From assembly GCA_964016885.1 (NCBI GenBank), contig OZ024745.1, forward strand, positions 116,064,001 to 116,128,000: a stretch of 64,000 nt of DNA, in the 5' to 3' direction. Shown one piece after another: positions 28,942-42,326 of this stretch (within the stretch, counting starts at the first letter, position 1; each line of letters opens with the position of its first letter). The notes beneath the pieces were generated by a model. The model was not told the origin of the DNA and did not search any database. It worked only from the letters and a program-made list of their open reading frames with translations. A program made the position numbers and the translations under genes. Source of the DNA: Eledone cirrhosa (Eukaryota).

Positions 28942-29289
28942 AAGTTATATCTGTATACATACAGACTGTGTAAACAAGACTGCAGCAACGTGTATGAATA
29001 TATATAGATATATTTAATATGTAAGCATGTAAATACAATTTTTCCTGTAAATTAAAAAGCTGATATACACATTTAATCGATTTACCAATCTAATTGGACT
29101 CTCATTATAAAGCGTGTATATCAACAATCAGCCTCAAGGAAACGAGTATTTGGTTGGTTTACACGTTAGCACAGTCCATTATTATTATTATTATTTTTAT
29201 TATGATTATAATTATTATATGTAATATTCGTAAGCTTTTTGTTCTGGCAGATGTTATAACGACACTATAGCCAAATAAGTAAGCCATAG

Positions 29290-29620
29290 CCAATGACCAA
29301 AGGTCCTTTTTCGCCATTCTTAGTTTCTCAAGCCGTGCCTCCAACCTTCAACTAATTGCTCCCAGTGCGCCAACCACAATTGACACCACTTCTACGTGTC
29401 TGATTCCCCATAGTTTCCTGATTTCTCTCTTCAGCTCCTGGTATTTCTAAAATTCCTGGCAGTGATCGGGCTTTCTAGCCACGATAAAATTGTCGCACTG
29501 TTTGGTCATGTCCCATAAGATATTATACTATTCATTTTCAGCCACCCTTTCAGGTTGGTGTTCATACCATTTCTCACTTCCGCTCATGTTATACTTATGA
29601 ACCAATCTGGCAATGTTATC
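29290..29620 (-). mobile_element. R4/Dong-type LINE 3' fragment (restriction-like endonuclease region)
   Basis: Translates KWYEHQPERVAENE..ILWDM and KYQELKREIRKLWGIRHVEVVSIVVGALGAIS. A (TAA)n-like tract lies downstream at 29178-29217. Confidence 0.8.
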
Positions 29621-30123
29621 ATACCTTCTCTTGTACTCTATCTGAGCAAGTATCATATATTCAGTAATAATGTATTTTATTGTCTCCCCTTTCTCACCAC
29701 GCAAAGAGGGGAATTCACTAACTTGTCAATATTGAACTTGATATATTTCGTTCTCAGTGGCTCTTCCATTCACACACACACACACATACACACACAGAGA
29801 CACACATTCACACACACACATTCACACTCACACACACATACACACACATAGACACACATTCACATATACACGCACACACACACATTCATACACACACACA
29901 TACACACACAGAGACACCCATTGACACACGCACACACATATTCACACACACACACATACACACACAGAGACACACATTCTCACACACACACATACACACA
30001 CACATAGACATACAAAGATATAGACATACACATAGAGCCAACCATGCATATGTACCTAGTTGATGTCGTCTAAATTCCGAAGCTATGTCAGAAACCGACT
30101 CTCTATTACTGGAAATATATAAG

Positions 30124-30310
30124 ATAATGGTTTCTACTTTAGGCACTATGCCAGCAATTACCCAGAGCATTACTGGTACTTTATTTTATCGACCCCGTAA
30201 GGATGAAAGGCAAAGTTAACCTTGGCGGGATTTGAACTCAGATCGTTAAGGGACGTAACTATGCTGGAAAGCATGGCGTCCGACCCTCTACCGATACTGC
30301 CAATCCACCA
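30124..30310 (-). mobile_element. Family A SINE (short subfamily)
   Basis: Full-length match with A and B boxes. Confidence 0.92.
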
Positions 30311-30311
30311 A

Positions 30312-30528
30312 TATAATGGTTTCTGATTTAGGCACATGGCCAACGATTTTGGAGGAAGGGAAACTCGATTAAATCGACCCCAGTGAATTAATGATACTTT
30401 ATGTTACAACCCCGTAAGGATGAACGGCAAAGCTAACCTCGGTGGGATTTGAACTGAGAACTTAAAGGGCTTTAACTCTATGCCACAAACCAGGGTGTCC
30501 GACACTCTACCGATACTGCCCATCCACG
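30312..30528 (-). mobile_element. Family A SINE (long subfamily), abutting the previous copy
   Basis: Same head and tail plus an extra ttttggaggaagggaaactcgattaaatcgac segment. Confidence 0.88.
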
Positions 30529-30556
30529 AACTGGAACATGCATCTATAAAGTATAG

Positions 30557-30658
<102 letters not shown>

Positions 30659-31199
30659 GGTGTGGGTGTGTATGTGTTTATACACATTCGATTACATGCA
30701 TACATTGATACATCGTTCAATATCTGGAAACTGAAATCCCACACACAATAAACTGCTAAAATAGTTTATAAATATAATATCTCTCATAGCTGAAATTTTA
30801 TTGCCGATCAGCGAACTTTCCTTTTCTTCATCGAGTAATGTGTTATTTCCGTTATGATTCATCTCATATTACTGCCACTAAGCAATCCTGACTATTTCTA
30901 ACTGATTAAACTTACATCGTGCATATTCATTAGCTTGTCCATAGCAGCGGATGTCCGTTTACTTATCATTTTATGTCAACAAAGATGTCATCATGACTCA
31001 TTACATTTAGGGCCTTCGTCATTTCCGACGATGATTTCTCTAGTTTATTCAATTAAAGAAACTGCTTGATCTTGATGTGAACGTGTAATTGGATGAACAT
31101 TTCACAAACACGTGCATCCATAACGTATTTCTCAGTGTTATTCAGCGTGACAATCTGTGGAAAAGCTGGTTCCTTGAATGGCAAGTACAATTCGTTTTT

Positions 31200-31292
31200 T
31201 GCAAGCTGAATGGACTGGAACAACGTGAAATAAAGTGTCTTGCTCAAGGATACAGCAATTGCCTTGTCCGAGAAAGAAAATCACCTCCCTGA
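31200..31292 (-). mobile_element. Family B SINE fragment
   Basis: caacgtgaaataaagtgtcttgctcaaggatacagc matches the family B core. Confidence 0.65.
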
Positions 31293-31822
31293 CTCACTAT
31301 ATACATGACAACTAACTCACTTTTATATCTTTGATTCCAAACATTATCTCATTTAGCTTGTTAAAGCATAATACTCAAGCGGGGGAAATAGTCATAATAT
31401 TTAAAGCAACATATTTATAGGCGTGATTCTTTTTTTGTTTTCATGTGCATGCATAGCAGCACGAGGATAATAGATTACCATAAGATTTTTCTTCCGCTTA
31501 GTGCATTTCTTTCTCTAAAAGCAATTTGCACCGATTCCAAGCTCTTTACACCATTTCACAATTGACAAGTGTGACATAATACATTTAATCATAGTACAAC
31601 ATATTTAAAACATTAAAACTATAAACTAATCTTCCATTGCAGATTTCGAAGATAGAATTAGATGCAATAAACAAATTATACCCTTGTTCCTCCACTAACT
31701 CCACTAATCCCATATTTAATTATACATATATTTGTAAAACAGATTCTAAGTTAATTCAAATATGTGATATGGAGATTCGAATTTCCTAATTAAGATCAGA
31801 GTGTTTTTGAATCTCTGATACA

Positions 31823-31876
<54 letters not shown>

Positions 31877-32415
31877 AATTAGTATAAAGAATTAGTATAT
31901 CTACCAACATATTTATACAGATGTATACTTACGCTAGGAGAGATATAGGTTTTGTCTTTGTAACTTTGTGGTTCAATACAAAGAGATGTAGAACAATTAT
32001 ATAAAAGACGTTAAATAAGAAAATTATACTAATTAACTCACTTACTTAAATTTCACTCCAACTAATTAGTTTCTGAACGGGGATATACATAGTTCCTAGA
32101 TGGAGACCATGGAGAATCCTTTCTTCATCAGGGAGTCATACTCGGCTAAGATTCCTGGCGATTCGCGGACACAGGGATCCAATACAAAAATAATTCAGTG
32201 GATGGAAAAAAGCTAGCGCGGACTAAATTCCAAGCCACTGAAAACTTCACTGCCTTCATGGTCAGTCGCAAATTCAAAAGAATCAATCACGTGACATCGA
32301 GGTTAATAAGTGAGTAGTGGGGTGTTAAAAAGACAGTAGCCAAGTTTAATACTAAACCATAATAGTAATTTAGGCACATTTTTGCTCAACAAAATAATTT
32401 GGAGATAATTATAAT

Positions 32416-32545
32416 AAGACAGGCACGCACTTCATCAGCTCTATTCCCTTTGGGGATGACAGGAAACGTTTGCCGAAAATCCCCTGATAGCAGAAGGGTT
32501 ACGCCACCCATAGGAGCAGTAGAATCCCTATCAACCAATGACCTC
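32416..32545 (-). mobile_element. Helitron Rep/PIF1-type helicase fragment
   Basis: Translates MGGVTLLLSGDFRQTFPVIPKGNRADEVRACL (GDFRQ-LPV helicase motif III). Confidence 0.85.
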
Positions 32546-32619
32546 CACCCATCCCAATCCCCACCCACTCCTACCACCTGAAATGATATAAATACCAAAA
32601 CATTTATTTTTGGAAAGCC

Positions 32620-32670
32620 AGATTCCTGATGATTTCTAAAGAATGAAACAGTTCTAGTCCTGTAGAATCT
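32620..32670 (+). ncRNA. Type I hammerhead ribozyme motif (family C, intact core, 6-bp stem I)
   Basis: AGATTC-CTGATGA-tTTCtaaaGAAt-GAAA-CAG ttctagtc CTG-TA-GAATCT. Family tail continues to about 32752. Confidence 0.82.
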
Positions 32671-32784
32671 CATCTATATTAAAACATTTATACTCTGCTA
32701 TGTATTGAGTACCTTACTTACTGTTGTCACCTCAGATTCAACCCGGAATAACTTACCTATATATATATATATATATATACATAC

Positions 32785-32835
<51 letters not shown>

Positions 32836-32975
32836 TATGAAAAATTCGGGACCGCGACGTATGAGTTCCGGCCGTTTCAACTGCTAGATCCAAATTTTTC
32901 ATATTAGGCACTCTACTACGTATCAAGTACTCTACTGAGTAATGGTCTAACTGGTCTTTTACTACCTACATTCTG

Positions 32976-33065
<90 letters not shown>

Positions 33066-34130
33066 TGTATGTATGTATGTATGTATGTATGTATGTATGT
33101 ATGTATGTGTGTGTGTATGTGTGTGCATGTATGTATGTGTGTGTGTGTGTGTGTATTGCTTTTTCTAAATTACATTAGACTATTACACACGGCTGCAACA
33201 TTTATTAACTCTAAGGAATGTTTAGAAAAAAGATATCTATGACATTGAAGTGTGTTATAAGATGGCAAAGAATCTCTGAAGAGCTAACACCAATTTGTAT
33301 ATGAGTTTTAGAATCAAAGAAATGTTCATGATAATGTTATTTTTTTGTTTTTGTTTTCAAGTATAGTTGATTTAGTGTGCACAATCAGTAAATGGAAGCT
33401 AGACGGTAGTGGGATCATTACGATGCTGGAATGGAATAGCTTGAGAATCGTATCGGTCCAATAATTTTAGAGTTGATGATTCATCTCTTTAGGTATTATA
33501 TACATAAATTTCGATCTCAGTCGATAGAAAATAAAAAGAGAAAATTAAGCCTTATATACATATACTCTTTCCTAATTGTCCACTGGGACGGTATGTGCAC
33601 AATAAAGTGCATAGTGTATTGGACCTTCAAGCCTAAAGCCGAAGTTTCCCGTCCCGTGCGACCTCTTAGCTCCTTGAACAAGACATTTTCTTCCTCTTTG
33701 TTCCAGTCTGGTTAACTGAAAACAAATGACTATGAGTAACAGCTGAATTCTAAAATTAGATGTTGTACAGTGCCTAGTGGAACAACATTATATCAAGTGA
33801 AGGGATTATGGAAGAAAGCGTATATAGCGGAAAATGTTGATGCTTCAGAATTTTGTAAATAATACTTAAAGAGATGAAGTAAATAAAATTGCAAAACAAA
33901 TTCACGCCCACATCCTGCCAATAAAAATATAATAAGAGTATCACAAATATTGCTTGCACCGATATATTCTGAATTTATAAATACAAGATGTCAATAGTTA
34001 TATTTGAATCTGATGTTATGGTTTCACCCAAAATCTCTAGTGTAGATGATATCGGCAATATGGTAGGCTTTAGATTTTCAGGAGACAAAAATATTCTTCA
34101 GTTTATTTCCAAGTTGTGGTATCATGTAAT

Positions 34131-34320
34131 CGGTGAATTGGCAGTATCGGTAGAGAGTCGGACACCAGGCTTTGCAGCACAGTTACGTCCCTTTACGGAC
34201 TGAGTTCAAATCCCGCCGAGGTTAACTTTGCCTTTCATCCTTACGGGGTCGATAACATAAAGTACCAGTAATACACTGGAATAATTGCTGGCCTTGTGCC
34301 AAAAGTAGAAACAATTATTA
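34131..34320 (+). mobile_element. Family A SINE
   Basis: TGGCAGTATCGG, GAGTTCAAATCC and the agtagaaacaattatta tail. Confidence 0.92.
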
Positions 34321-35157
34321 ATTCATGTATTCATATTTTTAGACATTTTGAAAAATGTTTCACAGCAAAGTATCACCCTGAAAATATTTAGCCAACATTT
34401 GATGTAGCATGTTTAATAATATGGATATGAATTATTTTTTATTATTTTCTAAAGTTCCCAATGATGAATTTGTTGACGATATATTTCAGATTGATTGCTC
34501 TACGATGAAGTATGTGAAAGGATATGTATTCCTTACACATTCTGTGTTAGTTTAAATATTTGTATAATACCTCATATCTGTATTAATTAATCACAGATAA
34601 CGATTGTTATGAAATTGCATCCTTATATCATTTTGTCAATTTACATAGACAATGCACATTAATAGATAATTGTCAGCTTTTGTTCACCACCCACCTCTTT
34701 TAATATTTTGTTCAATGCTGTACCTAAGTTAATCAGTTATTCTATAAGGCTGCCTCGTCTAAATGTATTTACTAAAATGTATTTTGAAAAATACATTTTA
34801 GTAAAAATTAAATTTTGTCCAGGCGGTGCAGCCGAAACACCACTCTGGTGCAGTGTAGAATCTGTCACCCTCTCCCCTTTTCCTTTTCTTTATTCCTTGT
34901 GGTCCTTGCTCCCCCTTCATTTCCATTTAGGGCATTTATAGTCCTTTCCTTTATATTCCTATACAGCCAGATCTTATTTAGCCCTTCTATTTCAACTCTT
35001 TTTCATTTCTTAATTTTGTTTTTTTCATTTTTTTAATATTTTCAAAGTTGTATAACTTTTGTTCGGTAAATTTGATAAAGTATTAAAATATACATAGAAT
35101 AACACATTTAGTTGTCATTGGAGTGATATGATTTGGCATCGCTTAAGGCGAGTATAG

Positions 35158-35360
35158 ACAACAAGGCCAGTAATTTGGGGAGAGGGGTAAGTCGATTAAA
35201 TCGACACCAGTACGTTACTGGTACTTTATTTTATCGAGCCCGTAAGGATGAAAGGCAAAATTAACCTCGGCAGGATTTGAACTCAGAGTGTAAAGGACCG
35301 TAACTATATGCTGTAAAGCATGGCGCCCAAGTCTCTACCAATACTGCCAATCCACCACCC
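35158..35360 (-). mobile_element. Family A SINE (long subfamily)
   Basis: A and B boxes plus the ggggagaggggtaagtcgattaaatcgac segment. Confidence 0.88.
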
Positions 35361-35706
35361 TAAGTACTTGAAATATATAATATACATTTCAGTTTCTATT
35401 AACTTTCACGGTTATTCTTCAACAAATTATCACATCACCTTTGGTAAGTTATTCTGATTTAAAGTCCTACAATCTGGAGAAAAGAAAGTGGCTGACAATA
35501 TTCTTCTCATTCCCATAAACACTCACATTTCTCCTCTTAGTGAAAATAAAGATTTACGGTTGGTATTTGGACATCTCCATCGGGCTTTGGTGAAGATATT
35601 TGAGGTAAAATGATATATGGGCAGTAAACATCAATCTATATTTATATTTCATAATTGCTTTTAAAATGCAAGTTGCTCACAGGCTAACATCCACATACAC
35701 ACATGC

Positions 35707-35784
<78 letters not shown>

Positions 35785-35887
35785 TTTACTTGTTTTGCAA
35801 GGTTTCTGATAATATGTAATCGTATGTTGAAACAAATCTTGTTGTATTTGGGGAGGGTCATATTTTTATAATATTGCCAGAAATAAT

Positions 35888-36014
35888 AATTGTTTCTACT
35901 TTAGGCACAAGGCCAGCAAATAACCAGTGCATTACTGGTACTTTATTTTATCGACCCCGTAAGGATGAAAGGCAAAGTCAACCTCGGCGGGATTTGAACT
36001 CAAATCGTAAATAA
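35888..36014 (-). mobile_element. 5'-truncated family A SINE
   Basis: 18-bp TSD ATTGCCAGAAATAATAAT at 35873-35890 and 36015-36032. Confidence 0.92.
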
Positions 36015-36399
36015 ATTGCCAGAAATAATAATAAAGCACACTCACTGTTTGGTTTGGACTCGTTTTCGCTTCTGTTTATTTTATATCCCTATAGTAGATT
36101 TATCTGGCAATCAATGTTTATCATTGATTGACCAACTGTTAAAATTATAGATATAAATGTATATAGTCGCTCAAAGTTCTTTCATCGCGCAGCTATGGCA
36201 TAATCAGTGGTACTATCATGTTTCCTCTCGTTGTATTGTAATGTCTATTCCATTTTTATTTTTATTTATTTATTCTTGTCTCTGCGCATGCGTTTGTGTG
36301 TGTTTGTATTCTGTCATTGTTCACTAGTGTGTGTTTATGTGTAATTGTTATTATTGTAGCTGTGTATATTTATTTGTTTACATTTATCTTTGGTCAGTA

Positions 36400-36970
36400 T
36401 TGTGTGTTTGTGTATGGTTGGTCTCTTCTCTCTCCTATGCTTCGAGCTGTCTCGCCTATGTATGTCATTGTCATGTTTCTGCAAGTACCCTCTGTACATA
36501 TTATGCTATAGACTACATTTCTAGTTTTACAATTTATTTGTGGAATTATTCTACATATAACACATTTCTTATTATTACAGTGGGTTTTCTTAAAGATGTA
36601 AGTTTTGCTGCTCAGGGATTTTATGGTAGTTCCTGAATTTTCTACCACTTTATTTTTTAAATGCATCTTTCTTAGGGCCTTTCTAAACTGGATGCTAAAT
36701 CACCTCCAGGGGTTGCATCCACGAACATGAACTTCTGGTATCTCTGGTTGTCGTACCATGAAGTGGCTTTCCCTATCTTATGTTTAGTCATATCTATGCT
36801 ATTCCATGCTTTGCTCCTGTACAATGGGCTAATCCCTTTCATGTCCATCTCTATGAGGGTCTTATATTTCTCTGTGGTTCCTTTGTACACCCTGATTTTG
36901 TATCTTTGGTTATAACCAGAGAACTGCTTGAGATTGATGAAGTGTTTTATGTGTCTTTCCAGTTCAGAAT
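36400..36970 (-). pseudogene. Penelope-like element remnant: thumb/linker plus C-terminal GIY-YIG endonuclease
   Basis: FSGYNQRYK..GISPLYRSKAWN..MFVDATPGGDLA, then KVVENSG..CNNKKCVIC..NCKTRNVVYSIIC...TYIGETARSIGER. Frameshifted. Confidence 0.85.
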
Positions 36971-39900
36971 ATTAGAATTTACAATATTGGAGATCGCTGA
37001 GTTTAAGGAAACAATCAGAGAAGAAAACAGAGAAGAAAAAAAATGTGTTTTTTTTTTGTTTTGTTTATGACTCAAAGGTGATCGTAGTAGCCGGTTCTCA
37101 TTGCTGATATATATATATATATAACGTGACACATGTTTCGCAGATGTGCAAAACAAATTCTTTATCGATACGAGATGATCCTTTGTGTTACGTTTGAAAC
37201 TTCATTCTCCCTTATGTAATGTAAATACAGTGCGTGCATTCAGATAAGAAGTGCAACCACAAATACAAAACACATATGATTAAACCCTCATTAACCATAC
37301 TTAAAATCCCCGTCCGCTAAAATATATCTATATAAGAATACCTCGCGTCTAAATCAAAGATTATATGACAATACGCATCATAATTATTATTATAAGACAT
37401 TACCTTTATTATAGGAATCTCCATAATATGCACAACAATAATGTGTGCCACAACTTTGCCCTGACTGAAACAAACTCCATCAAAACAAGAAGTCTCAACT
37501 GGTATCGATTGAACGAAAATCATCTAGTTACTCAAAGTTGTTTTATTTTTGTGGTGTTATTGTTGTCATGTTTCTTCTTATTGTTGTTTTTCTATATGTA
37601 GTTGCAATGGTAGTTGTAGTATCTGTAGTGTCAGCCACTGTACAGATGGACAATTATTGAGGAAAGAAGTGTGATCTAGGCTAGGGTGTATCCTATTGTT
37701 GCTGCCGCCATTAAACTGATTGACGTGTTGACAACGCTCATATTTCTGTACAGGTTGTCACGCATGTAGTGGTTGGCGTTGTTGCTGTTGTTGCTGTTAT
37801 TGTTGTTGCTGCTGTTGTTGTTCTTTCTGTTGTTGTTGTTGTTGTTGTCGTCGTCGTTGTTGCTGTTGTCGTTGTCGTTGTCGTTGTTGTTGTTGTTGCT
37901 CTTCTCGTTGTGGTTGTTCTTGTTATTACTGTTGGGTCTGTTGGGTCTGTTGTCACTGCCAACACGGTACCTATTATCAGGTCAAGCTGCCTCACATAAT
38001 TTGCGTGTGGCCAACCTCACCACAAAACGATCAAACACAACCCAATACGCCTCCACGCTGGCCGAACAATTTGTAAACATGATACCTGCGGCATATTTAA
38101 CGGTAGGATGTCGGATGTCCCAGAGACGGAAATGTTTAGATTTAACTCTACAGGTCTGTAGAGTTAGGTCTATCACATCGATAATGACGTACAGCCTCTG
38201 GACCCGTGAAAACAAAGTGCTTTCATCAAATCAAAGATGCCTACACAAAACCACAACCCATGGCCGAAAATCAATATAGGATATATGAAGAATAGATAGT
38301 AGAAATTAATGCTTCAGGGATTAATGTTACTCAAATTATCTTTTTACAAACTATTTTTCGTTTATGCACTTAGAATCTAATTATTTTTTAGTCTATTATG
38401 AGGTAGTTTGAATACACTCTTTTACATGGCTTTCAATTTTAATATTTAGTTTTCTGTATTCATTCTGAAATTCTTATTTGTTTTCCTTTGCAATATTTTC
38501 CTATTGCTGTCTGACTAAATACGTTTTCATTTTCAAAAATATAATGGGAAACATTACGTTTGAGAAAGATCGTTAACAAGAATAAAATAAAATTGAATAT
38601 GTATTATGGCTATCATATTCTCGTATATGTTTTTACATATGTATTTGTTTACTACGAACACTTGAATGTAGCCTGCAAACCTTAAGTTTGATGAGAGGTT
38701 GTTAGCGTCACTATTGGCAGTGTTTAAGTGAACGTTAGTCTGTAGGAGTGTGGGAAACAACTAAAAAGAAAGAAATGAAGAAATTTAAACGACAAATATC
38801 CTTAAAAAATAATCAACATAAACAATCGCACACAGCAGAATGAAAGGGTAAAGAAAATATCAATGATACTGACGTATATCTTAGAAAGAGAGAGAACTAT
38901 CAGTGTAATTTGGGCGCTTTTAATTATCTAGTTCAGGTGTTCCCAACCTTTGTTGTATCATCACCCACTTTCACATGTAAAAGAAAATGTCTATCCTCCT
39001 ACCTCTAAATTAAATATTAAATGCATACCCAACATATTTAGTAAGAGTTAGCTATTGGTTCGTAAACTGATATTGTATGATGTAAAAAAATACCAACGGT
39101 AAGTCACAAATAACAGGGAGGCTTAGTTGTTTCATAACACTAGTTCCATGTATAATGTATACTGTGCAAGCCGTAACGTCAAATATTGAATTTCACTTGC
39201 TAAAATCGAAGTCTACTACATAAAAATTGGAAGGGTATCTTGGATAATGAAGAAGAGTGTATACAAAAAATGCCAGCCAAAATCAAACAACAGAAAAATT
39301 AGTGAAATATTTAATCATAAGTTTGCCCAACATAAGTACCAATAGTCACAGTATTATTAGTAGTAAGAGACAAAGAACCTCTGCAAGGAAGGAATGTCTC
39401 TGTTAGGCTGGAGTCAAGCTGTTTAGTCAATTGCACTCATACTCAAATATAATAACAAAATATAACAGAATAAAATAATAAGATAAGAGAAACTAGACAG
39501 GTGTAATGTGTCCGAACACGTAAGAGCCGAACACCCACTGTCATCACCCCCAACTCTCTCGCCCTCCCCATCTCTCCGTATAGTCAGAAATTGGGGTTCC
39601 ACATGCTTGCCGCCCCACAGTTCCGGCGGACAGAATGGAGAAGACGTTTCCCTTGAAGATGGTAAGGGAGATGCGCTGGAAGAGCCATTCCATCTCGCCA
39701 TCTCATACTCAAATTGTTGTTGTATTTGTTGTAATTGTTATCACTTTTCTTTATACCAAGGCCAATAGATTGGTGGAATCGTTATTATCGATAGAAGAAT
39801 TTCGTGTATTTAGTGCTGGCTCAATAAGTTCTTTGTTCAAACCACGCTGATGTCAAGTTTGTCTTTCAAACTTCCGGAGTCGATGAAATAACGTACAGCT

Positions 39901-40706
39901 ATTCGACTTTTCCCTCTCTCCAACAAATGTGTTGACCTGTCTGCCCTTGCAGTTTAGTCAGCGGAGCGCAGCCCCTTTACCGCCGCGCCCTTGGCACAGA
40001 GCCCAATCTTCCCCCACTCCATTCTTCTGTGACACTAGAGTTCTTGCCATTCCCACCCTTTTCCGTATTTTTTCTCTTTTTTTCTTTTTATTTTCCTATT
40101 TTACATTCCATTCTGAATCTAAATTTTTTTTTTTCCATCAAACTGTATTTCCATAATATATTCCATAAAAAGATTTCTTTTCGTCTATATATTCTGTTTC
40201 ACTATTATCGACTGGCTGAAAATGGGGTGGTGTGACTTCCAGACGAGTACCCCCACCTCCAACTAACTTACCTTCCGCCTGGCTGGCAGCAGAGATGTTA
40301 AAGTTAAAATTCCTTGTGGGTTATTCTCAAATCTTCAGTCATGTTTAATGGCTTTCAGAAATACTTACTGATAGGCATGTATGTATTTTAGAAATCATTA
40401 GAGTGTGGTTTAAAGGAGATTTAGCTGCACTTTCCAGCAGTTTTACCGAATATGGTGTTCTACACTTACGTATTTTTGTGTGGGAAGACAGCAGCAAATT
40501 AGGATTTGGCGTCAGTGGTGGACCATAAAATCTAATTTGAAATAAAGAAAATCTCTGAGTAGGATGACAGGTGTGAAAGAAAGAACGCTAAGGATAGTCG
40601 GAGATAAATGTATGGAAGAAAACATGATCACATCAGATCAAAGTAACTCACTTCTATGGCTCCGTACATAGAAGAAAACACCTGCATCAAACCATACACA
40701 GAACAA

Positions 40707-40738
<32 letters not shown>

Positions 40739-40749
40739 GGATGTGTTCA

Positions 40750-40779
40750 AGACCCCGACGGCAGAGCTGAAGCCATTTC

Positions 40780-40811
<32 letters not shown>

Positions 40812-40970
40812 CGAAGGAAGTATGGCAAGGAAAAAGATGGACCATAACGCACCAGAGTACTCAATACTTAGGGTAGTAGAGTGGGTAATAGGAAAATGTT
40901 TAACCCCGACGGTAGAGCTCAAGCCGTTGCGACGGCTTCAGCTCTGCCGTCGGGGTTAAACATTTTCCCT
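40750..40970. mobile_element. Family D variant with fold-back end
   Basis: Fragment 40750-40780 and minus copy 40810-40930, with an inverted arm to about 40970. Confidence 0.7.
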
Positions 40971-40989
40971 ATATATATATATATATATC

Positions 40990-41206
40990 CTAATGATCGA
41001 CTTTCGTCAAATCGGACCGAGGAAACAGTGTTTCCATTGGTCTTTCCAATTGCTAATACTATCTATCGGTCGCAACTCCAGGTAGAAGGAGCAACGTGAA
41101 ATAAAGTGTCTTGCTCAAGGACATAACGCAGCGCCCGGTCCAGGAATCGAACTCACAACCTCACGATTGCGAATCCAGTTCGCTTACCACTCAGCCACAC
41201 CCCTTC
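40990..41206 (-). mobile_element. Family B (OR-like) SINE
   Basis: Close match to 7702-7898, with A and B boxes. Confidence 0.85.
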
Positions 41207-41220
41207 ACAAATATATATAT

Positions 41221-41411
41221 ATATTGTTATGCTTTGGGAGGGTCATGTTGCCAATAAGAAACACACGCACCAGAAGTTTCACTCCAATTTATTATAAATT
41301 AAATTTATAAATTTAAGAATTTATAAATATAAATTATAATAAATTGGAGTGAAAGCAACTGGTGCGTGTGTTTCTTATTGGCAACATGACCCTCCCAAAG
41401 CATAACAATAT
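41221..41411. repeat. Palindrome (arms about 90 bp) of a dispersed repeat also seen at 17161, 17645 and 35840
   Basis: atattgttatgctttgggagggtcatgttgcc... and ...ggcaacatgaccctcccaaagcataacaatat. Confidence 0.88.
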
Positions 41412-41465
41412 CGGTTTCAACACACGTTTTAAGATAAAGAATCTTGCTAAACAAATTAAGAAACG

Positions 41466-41506
<41 letters not shown>

Positions 41507-41532
41507 CATACACACATAAATATATATATACA

Positions 41533-42273
41533 TGGCACCAGACAGAATTATTTCTTTCATCATTCGCTCTCATATCGGAATGGTTTTGTATGGCTTCAGT
41601 TTGTGATTTGAACTCGCGAAATTTATATTCTCCGGAGGAGAAGAGCCTTCTCAAGATTGCTCCCTTCTCAATGGAAATACGCTTGGATTTTCCGTTTATT
41701 CGGGAGCATGAAACCGCGGTAAAGGCACATATAGTAAGTACTGCAATTTTTTAAAGATTTATTTTAAAACTTATTCTCTATTTGCTAGACCTTGATTTTA
41801 TATGTTCTGGCTTGTTAATTTATTAACCCGCCATAGAACCACATTGGCATACGGTTGGATAATACTTGTTTCCCTATATCTATTTTTTACAAGTAGGAAT
41901 TCATAATATATTATTATTGATCTACCCCTAAGGTAGAGATTAAATTTTGGCTGTTTGGACTGCTGCTATTTCTAGTGGCAGGACATTGACCTGTCCAGGC
42001 TGCCTTTTGTCTTTGCACACGGCACCAGACAGAATTATTTCTTTCATAATTCGCTCTCATTTCGGAATGGTTTTGTATGGTGTCAGCTTGTGATTTGAAC
42101 TCTGGAATTTTATATTCTCCGAGGGAGAAGAGCCTTCTGAAGATTGCTCCCTTCTCAATGGAAATCCGCTTGGATTTTCCGTTTATTCTGGACCATGAAA
42201 CCGCGGTAAAGGCACATATAGTAAGTACTGCGAATTTTAAAAATCTTTATCTATTTGCTAGACCTTGATTTTA
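41533..42273 (+). repeat. Direct duplication of a unit of about 260 bp (41533-41800 and 42021-42273)
   Basis: The copies align end to end with roughly 15 substitutions and an indel near the 3' end. Confidence 0.9.
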
Positions 42274-42295
42274 CATATATATATATATATATATA

Positions 42296-42326
42296 TACTA
42301 GCATTACAGCCCGGCGTTGCTCGGGG
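42296..42326 (+). mobile_element. Helitron/Helentron-type non-autonomous element terminus
   Basis: TACTAGC followed by the hairpin CCCGGCGTTGCTCGGG, directly after (TA)n. Confidence 0.5.

Noticed and set aside
37123-37175. Minus-strand GAAAC ATGT GTC hammerhead half near the PLE remnant
   Set aside because: No recognisable CUGANGA upstream.
37773-38279. 168-aa Leu-rich plus-strand ORF as a secreted or membrane protein
   Set aside because: The hydrophobic run is the (GTT)n tract, the start is non-ATG and no domain is recognisable.
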